A DNA stretch of 32,000 nt from Gemmata obscuriglobus (GCF_008065095.1 NZ_CP042911.1:8250001-8282000); one strand, 5' to 3'. Counted from the first letter of the stretch, positions 15,348 to 23,656 are shown. A program made the numbers and translations. The notes: a model not told the origin generated them from the letters alone.

Positions 15348-15921
15348 AACCGGTGGCGATTGACGCGGCGCGAACTGTCGTGCTGCGGGTCGCGATGCTG
15401 CAAGGACCAGTGTCGTGCGTCACGGTGACGGGGTGCGGACTGGACATTCGCCGGCGTCCGACTGGCAATTCGCTACCGGTCCGCTGGGCAGTTGCTACCC
15501 CGAATCCGAGCATCAAAAACCGATCGGGTGGCTTCTGGGCAAGCGGAATTCGGTTCCAAAAGCGCTCCCGCGATGCGTGCATTTGCTCCCAGGGAACGAG
15601 GTCATGAACAGCGTTGTGTGTGGTGTGGTGGCACCCGGCGGTCGGAAATGGCACCGGCATGTGCCAGAACGCGCCGGAAGCTGGGCCGTGGTGAAACGCT
15701 CCACGGGCTTCGGGCCGCCATGCCCGCGGGCGAGCGGGCGGACTTCGACAGGAGCGTGCCGTTCGTTGCCGTGCCGCTCAGCGGCACCAAGCTCGGCCCG
15801 CTCCTGCTACCCGCGCGAGGGAACTTCGGACTGCGGTGAGTGGACGGGAGCAACCGGTACGGCGGCTCCCGTGAAGCCCTGCGCGGCGTGTGGGCGTAGC
15901 CGGTACGAACAACCGAGGCGC

Positions 15922-16914
15922 TTAAGTCGCCGCGCGGCGCACCTCAAGGCCGCGCGCCGTCGGCAGTTTAATGTTCCAGGCGAGCCCGACCGTGGCGAGC
16001 AGGCGGATGACGTAATAACTCACGTCGAGCTGCCACCACTTGAGCCCGTGCCGGGCCGAGGTGGGGAAAGCATGGTGGTTGTTGTGCCACCCCTCGCCCA
16101 TCGTCAGCACCCCGACCACCGGGTTGTTCCGGCTTTCGTCCCCGCTGTGGTACGGGCGCGTGCCCCACAGGTGGCAGACGGAGTTCACGCTCCACGTCGC
16201 GTGGTGCCCCAGGAACAGCCGCGCCAGCCCGCCCCACAGGAACCCGGTCAGCGCGCCGTGCCACCCGCCCAGCGCGTACCCGATTCCGGCGGGGATCAGC
16301 ATTCCCAAGGCGGCCCACACCGGGAACAGCGCGTTCACCGCGCGGAGCATCGGGCTCTTGAGCAGGTCCGGTGCGTACCGCTCCAAATCGGTCGTCTCGG
16401 CGGGCAGCGCCCAGCCGATGTGCGCGTGCCAGAACGCCCGGAACCGGCCCCAGAACCCGCGCCGGCCGGGGGCGTGCGGCGAGTGGGGGTCGCCGTCCTG
16501 GTCCGAGTGCTGGTGGTGGATGCGGTGCAATCCCACCCACGGCAGCAGGGGACCCTGGAGTGCCATCGACCCGAGCACCCCGAGAACGAACTGAACCGGC
16601 TTGACGGTCTCGAACGAGCGGTGCGTGAACAGCCGGTGGAACCCGACGGTTGTGCCGAGCATGACCGCCACGTACATGCCCAGGAACAGGCCGACATCGG
16701 CCCAGCCGAGCAGCCCGTTCCGCCACGCCAGCGCCGCCGCCACGGCGACCCCCGCGAGCGGCACGAACACACCCGTCAGCACCGCCGCCCACGACATCAC
16801 CGTCGCCCAGCGCGTAGCTGGTGGCCCGTGCCGAACCGGTCGACCGGTGGTGTCGAGGTCAACCGGATGCGTTGTCGCCACGGCCACAGAGTTAGCCACG
16901 TACAGAATCTCCAA
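15922..16914 (-). CDS. membrane fatty-acid (acyl-CoA/acyl-lipid delta-9 type) desaturase
   Basis: Three histidine boxes are present: HRLFTHRSF, HRIHHQHSD and HNNHHAFP, with TM helices before the first box. The start is uncertain: TTG at 16912-16914 or ATG at 16795-16797 (MSWAAVLTG...). Confidence 0.9.
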   Translation of the reverse strand: MEILYVANSVAVATTHPVDLDTTGRPVRHGPPATRWATVMSWAAVLTGVFVPLAGVAVAAALAWRNGLLGWADVGLFLGMYVAVMLGTTVGFHRLFTHRSFETVKPVQFVLGVLGSMALQGPLLPWVGLHRIHHQHSDQDGDPHSPHAPGRRGFWGRFRAFWHAHIGWALPAETTDLERYAPDLLKSPMLRAVNALFPVWAALGMLIPAGIGYALGGWHGALTGFLWGGLARLFLGHHATWSVNSVCHLWGTRPYHSGDESRNNPVVGVLTMGEGWHNNHHAFPTSARHGLKWWQLDVSYYVIRLLATVGLAWNIKLPTARGLEVRRAAT

Positions 16915-16944
16915 GAGGAAAGATCAGCCTTGAGGCATGAGCAA

Positions 16945-17649
16945 CTATGGTGCCGCCAGCGCGTTTGCCGAGCAACGTGTGTCTGATGGCTCAGGTACCC
17001 GATGCACGACGAAGGCAAGGTATAGCGAAAGTAGGGCGGCGAAAAAGCACCAAACGGAGGTGAACGCGTACCAGTACACCAGTTCGCTGACCGCCGCCGA
17101 CGCAACGAGCCCGGCGCCGAGCACCCGGACCCGCCGGTCCTGGGACAGCAGCGGCGGAACGCTCACCGCGGCGAGGTACAGCGCCTGCCCGAGCGCCCCA
17201 AGCGCCCCGACGCCGGTCGGAACCCCGGACACGTCGTACCGCAGCGAGTGGCGGACGGGAACGACCCGGAACCCGTCGTTCGCGCGGGCCACAACCGGCA
17301 GGTACACCGTGAGTGCAAACCCGACCCCGACCCACGCGAACGCGTAGAACAGCTTCCGCTTCGCACGCTGTTCCTCGATCGCGGCCGCCGCGATGGGCAA
17401 CCAACAGGGCCACAGGGCCGCGGCGAAGAACAAAAACCCCAGCGCCGCTGTCTTGACGAGAACCGGCGACGCCCGGTCCAGGCCGACCCACACGCCGGCC
17501 TCGAAGAGTTGCTGGACGCCGAACAGGACGGGCACGACCGCGAGCGGCACGTACGCCCGGTTCCTGCGCCAGGCCGTGCGCGCGCAGTGCCCGCCGATCG
17601 TCACAAGGGCCGTCCCGGTCGCGAGGCTGACTTCGGTCGAAAGGCACAT
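16945..17649 (-). CDS. polytopic membrane protein, function unknown; likely co-transcribed with the desaturase
   Basis: ORF 16945..17700; ATG at 17647-17649 gives MCLSTEVSLATGTALVTIGG... with about 6-7 hydrophobic helices. Its stop is 30 bp upstream of the desaturase ORF start. Confidence 0.65.
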   Translation of the reverse strand: MCLSTEVSLATGTALVTIGGHCARTAWRRNRAYVPLAVVPVLFGVQQLFEAGVWVGLDRASPVLVKTAALGFLFFAAALWPCWLPIAAAAIEEQRAKRKLFYAFAWVGVGFALTVYLPVVARANDGFRVVPVRHSLRYDVSGVPTGVGALGALGQALYLAAVSVPPLLSQDRRVRVLGAGLVASAAVSELVYWYAFTSVWCFFAALLSLYLAFVVHRVPEPSDTRCSANALAAP

Positions 17650-17909
17650 GTGAGCACCCGTGTGGGGACACCCGCGGCCCGAGGCGGTTCGTCGGCTCAC
17701 CCCAGAAGTTCATCGGAGCGAGCCGCGCTTGATCGGCTCCGCCGCGGCTTGATGGCTTTGCGGAAATGAGGGAAGGGGTGTAACGGCTACCGGGATAACG
17801 ACAAGGAGCGATTTTGGCCCGGCCGATCGGCCCCCGCGCGCCGGCTCCATTCGGAGTTCAGTCGCTCCCGGTTGGTCACGTGTGTGCCGCCGGCTGCGGT
17901 GGCGGGTGT

Positions 17910-17944
17910 GACGTTGGCGGGCGGGTGTTCCGCCCGCCAACGTC
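17910..17944. other. 15-bp perfect-stem hairpin
   Basis: The sequence is GACGTTGGCGGGCGG-GTGTT-CCGCCCGCCAACGTC. It lies ~190 bp beyond the stop (18135) of the secreted-protein gene, in a 485-bp gene-less gap. Confidence 0.6.
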
Positions 17945-18134
17945 GCGCGAAATTGAAACAACGGGAGTTCGGATGACTGACCTTCTCGGCTCACCGTACT
18001 TTTGCACCGCGAGCCCTGTAACGTTTGCCGCCGGGCCGGTCGGCGGGTTCATGGCCGGCCCGGTGGGGTGCTTCGGTCCACCGGGGCGGATCAGGTTCCG
18101 GGAGCGGAACCCCGGTCGCGTGGCGGCGGCCCGT

Positions 18135-20066
18135 TCACTTCTTGGCGTCCGGCTCCAGGATGCGGATCGCGTCCAGGTAGATCGACTCCTTGCCTTCCAC
18201 CAGGAAGTTGATCTGGTTCAGCGCCTTCGGGCTGAACCGGAACCGGAACTCCTTCTCCCCTTTCGTGTCGTCGACCGCCATCGTCCACTTCTGCTTCGTC
18301 GCGTCGCAGGTGACGCGAACCGTGTACCACTTGTCCGGCTCGCACGGGGCCACCTTCACCCACGTGCCGCCGCTCTCGGAGCCGTTGCCGTCGAGGGCGC
18401 GGAAGTGGCCGTCTGTGATCCGCCAGAACGGCCCGGTGCCGTAGTGCCCGTCCTCCTGGAGGTAACAGGCGACGCCACCGTCCTCCGGGCAGCGGACCTT
18501 GACCTCGGCCACGAACGGCCCTTTCTGTGGCTTGGCCCACGCGCGAATGTAGTTGACCGTTGGAGTCAGGAACAGCGCCCCGTCGCCTTCTGCGACCGGC
18601 TCCTTTACGAACGTCGCCCGCTCGCTCGCCGGCCACACGCCCCTCCACCCCCGCTCGCCTGCTCCGCCGCGGGTGTTCGATTTGCCGAGCGGGTACGGCG
18701 GGTTCGTGTCGCTCGCGTTGATGCCTTTCGAGCCGTTGAACCCGGTCTCGGCGATCACCCCGGGCGGGAGCGGGGCGGCCGGCTCGGGCGGCGTTTTCGG
18801 GGCGGGCGGCTCCGGCGTCGGGGGCGGTGTGGGCGTGGGCGTTTTCGGCGTGACCGGCGGGCGCGGCCCTTTGGGCGTGCCCTGCGATTTCGGGGCGACC
18901 GCGACGGCCGGCGCCTTCGGCGGCGCGGCGGGCGGCAGCTTGCCGTACGCCTTCTCCAACGCGGCCCGGTCGGCCGCGGTCAGCGCCAGCGGCAGGAAGT
19001 GCAGCCCCTCCAGAGGGTTCTGCGGGTTGTCCCCGTTCCACAGTACGATCTTCGTGCCCTTCGCGGCGAACGTGACCAGCAGCGGCCGGGCGTCGGCGCC
19101 CTTTGCCACCTCGAACGCCTTGCCGGCGACCAGCGACTTGGGGTTGAACAGTTGCAGCACCCGGCCGTTCTGGTTCAGCACCCCGAGGTTGAGCACCGGG
19201 TGAAAGGCCATGTTGGTGCCCGACGGGGCCTCCCCCACGCGCGACTCGAGCCGGTCAGTGTTGAACGCGGCGCACACGTACCCGCCACCGGTCCCGCCGC
19301 CGGCCGGCGGCCGCCACCCGCCGCCGCTGGTCATCATCACCTTCTTCCCGTCGGGGGTGACGGCCAGCGAGTACGCGTTCACCGCCGCGTTCGGCTGCGC
19401 GGACGCCAACTTCAGCCCGCCCTTGACATCGGCCGTGTACTTGAGCACGAACGCCCGCCGGCCCCACGTGTCGACGAAGACGCGGATTTTACCGCCGGGC
19501 AGGTCCTGCACGAACACCTCGGTCTCGTCGAGCGGCGGTTGTACCCCGGTGAACAGGGTGCCCCCGTCGGTCGGGTCCACCGCGAGGAAGTAGCCCACGG
19601 CTTTCGTCTTCGTCCCCTTCACGGTAGCCGGGTCGATCGAGAAGACCTGATAGGTGGCCGAGGACGCGTACACCGGGCCTTTCGTCGGGTGGCAGGCGAG
19701 GTGCGCCACCGCCTCCCCGCCGAGCTCAATTTCCTTCCGCGGCTTGCCGGTTTTGGCGTCCAGGACGTGTACCACGGACGCGCCCTTCGCGCCGACGTAC
19801 AGCGCGTCACCCTGGAGCGCCATCGGCCCGGGCTTGAAGTCGACCGTGACCCGCTTCACCTCCCGCTCGGCGACCGTGTCGAAGTACACCAGCTCGCCCT
19901 TTTCCGGCTGGGACACGACGAGCGTGGTTCCGTCGGCGGTGATAGCCCAGCCGCCGGGCGGCGCGAGCGGAAGCAGGGTGCCCGTGATCGGCTCGGGCGG
20001 TTCGGCCGTCGCAGCCGGCAGGGCGAGCAGCACCGCGAAGAACGCGGCGGTAAGGAGAGGGCGCAT
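18135..20066 (-). CDS. secreted multidomain protein: signal peptide, repeat-rich N-terminal domain (beta-propeller-like, tentative), Pro/Thr-rich linker, C-terminal jelly-roll-like domain (tentative)
   Basis: The 643-aa ORF starts MRPLLTAAFFAVLLALPAATAEPPEP (signal peptide). The linker is PPAAPPKAPAVAVAPKSQGTPKGPRPPVTPKTPTPTPPPTPEPPAPKTPPEPAAP. The domain guesses come from sequence texture only. Confidence 0.8.
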   Translation of the reverse strand: MRPLLTAAFFAVLLALPAATAEPPEPITGTLLPLAPPGGWAITADGTTLVVSQPEKGELVYFDTVAEREVKRVTVDFKPGPMALQGDALYVGAKGASVVHVLDAKTGKPRKEIELGGEAVAHLACHPTKGPVYASSATYQVFSIDPATVKGTKTKAVGYFLAVDPTDGGTLFTGVQPPLDETEVFVQDLPGGKIRVFVDTWGRRAFVLKYTADVKGGLKLASAQPNAAVNAYSLAVTPDGKKVMMTSGGGWRPPAGGGTGGGYVCAAFNTDRLESRVGEAPSGTNMAFHPVLNLGVLNQNGRVLQLFNPKSLVAGKAFEVAKGADARPLLVTFAAKGTKIVLWNGDNPQNPLEGLHFLPLALTAADRAALEKAYGKLPPAAPPKAPAVAVAPKSQGTPKGPRPPVTPKTPTPTPPPTPEPPAPKTPPEPAAPLPPGVIAETGFNGSKGINASDTNPPYPLGKSNTRGGAGERGWRGVWPASERATFVKEPVAEGDGALFLTPTVNYIRAWAKPQKGPFVAEVKVRCPEDGGVACYLQEDGHYGTGPFWRITDGHFRALDGNGSESGGTWVKVAPCEPDKWYTVRVTCDATKQKWTMAVDDTKGEKEFRFRFSPKALNQINFLVEGKESIYLDAIRILEPDAKK

Positions 20067-20185
20067 CGGGCAGGTCTCCGTGATGCGGCGCGCCCGCCCG
20101 TCGCGGGGGCGCCGTTCGTACAGTGTACCGACTGGCGGACGCTCGTGCGCGGGACCGTAGCGATCCGGCAGGTGTCATCTGCTTA

Positions 20186-20233
20186 CGGCGCGGCCAAGCG
20201 AGCGAACGGCCGTTCGCTCGCTTGGCCGCGCCG
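20186..20233. repeat. 48-bp perfect palindrome (24+24, no loop)
   Basis: CGGCGCGGCCAAGCGAGCGAACGG|CCGTTCGCTCGCTTGGCCGCGCCG lies in the divergent region between gene start 20066 (-) and rpsU (+). Confidence 0.9.
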
Positions 20234-20587
20234 GACGAGAGCGCCTGAAAACGGTCACGCTTGGCTCGGGTGCCCGTGCTCGTCGTTGCAACCCGTGGTT
20301 GGCAGAGCCCACTCAGCGAGGCGAATTCGTTCCTGTGACCTGCGCGTAAGCGCGTGGCTTTTAAGGCGCGCGAGCGGCTGCTGGGGGTGGACTTGGTGCT
20401 CGGGAAGGAGTAGCTTTGAGAGCTGAAGTGGGCCTCGAATGCCGAATTCATGCGGCGCCCAATGGGCGCACGCAAAGAGTGCGGCCCCCCGCCCTGCCGC
20501 TCAGGACGTTCGCGGCCTAATACGTTCGGGTGGTTACTTAACTGAAACGGTGGCGTGCCCCAACGGGCACCACAACCGGGAGACGAA

Positions 20588-20806
20588 ATGGGTTTGCGAA
20601 TGCGGGTCCACGATCGGGAGCCGATCGGTGCCGCCCTGCGACGATTCAAAAAGCTGGTCGAGCGCAGCGGGCTGAAGCGAGAGGTCCGGGCCCACGAGTA
20701 TTACGTCAAGCCGTGTGAGCTGCGGACCCGAAAGGAGGCGAACCGGCTGCGCGCGATCAAGAAGGCCGCGCTCGGCAAGCCGGTCCGGAAGGAACGGCCG
20801 TTCTGA
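20588..20806 (+). CDS. rpsU: 30S ribosomal protein S21
   Basis: MGLRMRVHDREPIGAALRRFKKLVERSGLKREVRAHEYYVKPCELRTRKEANRLRAIKKA carries the ALRRFKK...G signature. ATG 20588 is preceded by GGGAG. Confidence 0.9.
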   Translation: MGLRMRVHDREPIGAALRRFKKLVERSGLKREVRAHEYYVKPCELRTRKEANRLRAIKKAALGKPVRKERPF

Positions 20807-20816
20807 GTTTCGCCTA

Positions 20817-20840
20817 CCCGGGCAAACGAACGTGCCCGGG
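20817..20840. terminator. 8-bp-stem hairpin between convergent rpsU and RRM-protein genes
   Basis: The sequence is CCCGGGCA-AACGAACG-TGCCCGGG, starting 11 nt after the rpsU stop. There is no clear U-tract. Confidence 0.4.
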
Positions 20841-20910
20841 CGGCCGTTGTAGTCGAGACCGGCATTGGCTAACGGCCACCGGCCGCGCCCAAGCGGGTCC
20901 GAGTACCGTT

Positions 20911-21264
20911 TTAGTAGCCGCGCCGGCCGCCACCACCGCCCCCGTAGCCACCACCGCCGCCACCGCCGTAGCCGCCGCGGCCACCGCCGCCGCCGCCGTA
21001 GCCACCACGGCCACCGCCACCGCCGCCCTCACGAGGCTTGGCCTCGTTGACGGTCAAGCTGCGGCCGCCGACCTGGGTGCCGTTGAGCGCCTGGATGGCT
21101 TGCTCGCCGCCGTCGCTCATCTCGACGAAGGCGAACCCGCGCGGCCGCCCGGTCTCGCGGTCCATGACGATCTGTGCTTTTGTTACCGTGCCGTACTGGG
21201 AGAACAGCTCTCGGAGCTCGTCCTCGGTGGTCGAGAACGACATGTTGCCCACATACAAGTTCAT
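20911..21264 (-). CDS. RRM-type RNA-binding protein with Gly/Arg/Tyr-rich tail
   Basis: [62 protein letters not shown] carries RNP2 (LYVGNM) and RNP1 (RGFAFVEM), followed by [15 protein letters not shown] repeats. Confidence 0.9.
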   Translation of the reverse strand: MNLYVGNMSFSTTEDELRELFSQYGTVTKAQIVMDRETGRPRGFAFVEMSDGGEQAIQALNGTQVGGRSLTVNEAKPREGGGGGGRGGYGGGGGGRGGYGGGGGGGYGGGGGGRRGY

Positions 21265-21608
21265 TGCCACGATCGCTACCCCTGGGCCCGGTCGGGCCGC
21301 CAAGCGGACGCGGGCAGAAAGCCCGCCCCCTGTCCATCGTACCCGAGGATGCGCAACGGACGAACGTAATCCGAAGAAATCGGTAGCTCCGAGGAGTAAA
21401 AGGCGCGAGCGTGCGCGGGATGGAACGCTCGCGGTTCGTTTCGTCTGCCTGACGAAAGAGCACCTGAAGCGGCCGCTGCCGGGCTCGCGTGGCGAGTAAC
21501 GGGGCCGGAACTCGATGGCCGGATCTGATGTCGCCGCAGGCGCGATTCGGGCGTGATGCTGGTGAACCGCCTGTCACAATGCCCCGCAGCGGTGCCCGGT
21601 GCCGGGCG

Positions 21609-22144
21609 CTACCCGGCACCGGGGGCGAAGTACAAGATGTTCGACCAGTTTCCGAGGCCGAGCGAGTTGATGTCCAGCGCGGCGGTCGGGCGGGGGCCTT
21701 CGATTCCAGTTCGAGGAGTTCCGTTAGCAGCCGGTCGTTTTGCGTGGCGAGCGGCCTGCTGTCCATCATGAAGATTTCGCCACACTCCAGGATAGAGTAC
21801 TGCCGCTTGTTCTCGGCGGCGGTGAGGAACGCTCGCGCCTCGTCCCGTAACCCGGCGATCCCCGGGTGCTCGACACCGTCCAGGAAGCGGAACAAACGCT
21901 TGACGCCCTGCTCGTAGTCACCCGCAACGGCGATCTCGTCAGGAACGTCCCAGATCAAAGAGCGGCACGCGCGGGGCTAGGCCGACAGGAGGAGCCGGAA
22001 GGCGATCGGGATGTCGTACTTCCATTCGGCGATGTCGACGATCCGCGGCTTCTTCTCGGCCCCCGAGGTGGGTAACGCATCGGCCGCGTACAGGTAGCTG
22101 CGGTTCGCCACAACGCCCCTCGGCTCGCTGAACAAACAGATCAC
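21609..22144 (-). pseudogene. decayed gene of unrecognised family: in-frame TAG (21977-21979) plus probable 1-nt frameshift near the C5/G5 run at 21692-21696
   Basis: With the TAG shown as *, the same frame reads VICLFSEPRGVVANRSYLYAADALPTSGAEKKPRIVDIAEWKYDIPIAFRLLLSA*PRACRSLIWDVPDEIAVAGDYEQGVKRLFRFLDGVEHPGIAGLRDEARAFLTAAENKRQYSILECGEIFMMDSRPLATQNDRLLTELLELES. Protein-like text then continues only in the neighbouring frame (PTAALDINSLGLGNWSNILYFAPGAG, stop 21609-21611). The GTG 22144 start is a guess. Confidence 0.5.
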
Positions 22145-22191
22145 CGGGCGCGACCGCGACACCAGCGAGCGGCGCCGGCGACCGGTAAGTA

Positions 22192-22239
22192 GCGGGAAGC
22201 AAGCTACGGGCCGTGGTCCGGTGCCGCGCCAGGTTCGGC
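22192..22239. repeat. 48-bp perfect direct repeat, left copy (orphan copy of the NADAR gene 3' end)
   Basis: GCGGGAAGCAAGCTACGGGCCGTGGTCCGGTGCCGCGCCAGGTTCGGC is identical to 22785-22832. It has no dyad symmetry. Confidence 0.9.
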
Positions 22240-22260
22240 GCGGCGGCACTGCGGCGCCGG

Positions 22261-22728
22261 TCAGTAGACGCACTCCTCGTCCAACTCAATCTGCTCGAAT
22301 TTCTCCAGGAACTCGTGCAGGTCCCGAGCCACCGACTTCGCGAGCTGCTGCGCCCTCTCGGCCGTGATGTCCTTCCGGACCGCCTCGTGCGAGATGAGAA
22401 CGATGCGCGGCTCGCCCTCCGGCGAGGTGACGTTAACGTCAAAGCAGTACGCGTCACCGCAGAGCGTCGTCGCGAATACCACGTAACCGAGCGGAGCGAC
22501 GTAGGCCCCGGGGATGAGGTCGCGGTTTTCTCGAAGCACATCGGCGATCGGCCACAGGCGAACCTGGCCCTCCGCGCACTCGCTCGGCTCGTGCCGGGCG
22601 TAGAAATCCACGACCGGACCGGGCAGCCGAAGCGCCCGGAGTTCAGCCAGGTCGGGTGACGAGGCGGCGCGGAACTTCGTGCCCGTCTGTGTGGCGATCA
22701 GCTTCATGAGCTTCTTGTACTCGGGCAT
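22261..22728 (-). CDS. SMI1/KNR4 (SUKH-1) family protein, immunity-protein-like
   Basis: ORF 22261..22971; ATG at 22726-22728 is preceded by GAGGAG. MPEYKKLMKLIATQTGTKFRAASSPDLAELRALRLPGPVVDFYARHEP...GYVVFATTLCGDAYCFDVNVTSPEGEPRIVLISHE matches the SUKH layout. Confidence 0.75.
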   Translation of the reverse strand: MPEYKKLMKLIATQTGTKFRAASSPDLAELRALRLPGPVVDFYARHEPSECAEGQVRLWPIADVLRENRDLIPGAYVAPLGYVVFATTLCGDAYCFDVNVTSPEGEPRIVLISHEAVRKDITAERAQQLAKSVARDLHEFLEKFEQIELDEECVY

Positions 22729-22784
22729 TCTGCGTCTCCTCACCGAACGAACGGCTTGCCTGCGCCGCACACGCCGCGATCGGT

Positions 22785-22832
22785 GCGGGAAGCAAGCTAC
22801 GGGCCGTGGTCCGGTGCCGCGCCAGGTTCGGC
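22785..22832. repeat. 48-bp perfect direct repeat, right copy (overlaps last 11 codons plus TAG of the NADAR gene)
   Basis: Identical to 22192-22239. On the minus strand it reads AEPGAAPDHGP* in the NADAR frame. Confidence 0.9.
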
Positions 22833-23327
22833 CGGCCTTTGCTCGGCCCGGCCGCACTCGAACAGCAGTGCCTCGCGGACACGGGTCAGTGTCGCGCCGA
22901 GCAGGTTGAGCCCCAGCCACCGCGACCGGTCCCGGGCCCGCGGGTCGTCGGCTGAAAGCCCGATGCCCCACACCCGGTCGTGCGGCGACGCTTCGACCAG
23001 CGTGGTCCCGCGGGTGGAGAACAGCAACTCCCGCTGGTCGGGGTTCTGGCCGAACCGAGCGTAGTTGCCCGCGAACACGATGCCCTCGCGGAACAGCACC
23101 CAGACGGACTCGTCGAACCCCCGCACCGCGCGGCCGAGGGCTTGCTGCTCCCGCGGCGTCTCGGCGGCGAGGAGTTTGCCCGCGGTCTCGCGGTCACCGA
23201 ACAGCAGCGCCTTGGCGTACATCATGTACTGTTCGGCGTGCGTGAACGTCACACCGCAGATGACGAACGGGGCGCGGTGCCACTGGCTGAGGCGATGCTT
23301 CCAGAAGAATGTGAACGTCTCCGCCAT
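22797..23327 (-). CDS. NADAR (YbiA/DUF1768-like) family protein
   Basis: ORF 22797..23669; the start is ATG at 23325-23327. MAETFTFFWKHRLSQWHRAPFVICGVTFTHAEQYMMYAKALLFGD...LGRAVRGFDESVW...GNYARFGQNPDQRELLFSTRGTTLVEASPHDRVWGIGL is collinear with YbiA-type motifs (F..LSN, EQY..A.K, KF.QN, LVE.SP.D..WG.G). Confidence 0.85.
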   Translation of the reverse strand: MAETFTFFWKHRLSQWHRAPFVICGVTFTHAEQYMMYAKALLFGDRETAGKLLAAETPREQQALGRAVRGFDESVWVLFREGIVFAGNYARFGQNPDQRELLFSTRGTTLVEASPHDRVWGIGLSADDPRARDRSRWLGLNLLGATLTRVREALLFECGRAEQRPAEPGAAPDHGP

Positions 23328-23354
23328 TCGACGCGCCCCTCTTTTGCCGAGCCC

Positions 23355-23470
23355 AGTCGTTCCAGCCGTCTCACGTTCCACGTTCCACGTAAAGCGAAAG
23401 GGGCAAGAACGGCCTGGGGCTTTTGCCGAGACCGCTCCCAACCTGGAACTTGGAACTTCTGGAACCTCTT
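23355..23470 (-). mobile_element. MITE-like palindromic element, copy 3 (inverted relative to copies 1-2)
   Basis: The reverse complement reads GGTTCCAGAAGTTCCAAGTTCCAGGTTGGGAGCGGTCTCGGCAAAAGCCCCAGGCCGTTC...ACGTGGAACGTGGAACGTG...GGAACGACT. It shares the core GGCAAAAGCCCCAGGCC and the terminus with copy 1, and lies 28 bp upstream of the NADAR start. Confidence 0.7.
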
Positions 23471-23632
23471 TAGCGTGCAAGGCTTCGCCCGATAGCATAG
23501 GACCGTTTCGTCCCGCGCAACACTCCCGGCCCTTGCTCGGTGTTCTTGCGGTTGCGGCCCGGACGTGACGAGACCGGCGGGCGGCCGGGGTGTGGGTTCG
23601 GTCCGGCCGCATCGAACCGAGTGCCGGTCCCG

Positions 23633-23656
23633 CGGTCCGGGAGTGACCCCGGACCG
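23633..23656. repeat. AGTGAC-loop hairpin (9-bp stem)
   Basis: The sequence is CGGTCCGGG-AGTGAC-CCCGGACCG. It lies 59 bp beyond the stop (23715) of the protease gene. Confidence 0.75.

Noticed and set aside
20370-20440. TPP-riboswitch-like fragments (GGGGTGG ... TGAGAG) upstream of rpsU.
   Set aside because: The CTGAGA box is not followed by the ACCC/GAACCTGATC elements of the consensus, so this is probably chance similarity.
20914-21010. Short tandem GGC/GCC/GTA-type repeats resembling a microsatellite or repeat array.
   Set aside because: They are in frame with the RRM protein and encode its [15 protein letters not shown] tail. They are not CRISPR-like, having no unique spacers.
21029-21958. 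The 309-aa ORF taken at face value as one gene.
   Set aside because: Only its first ~85 codons are protein-like. The remainder is Arg/Pro junk that overlaps the RRM gene in another frame. It is reinterpreted as part of the 21609-22144 pseudogene.
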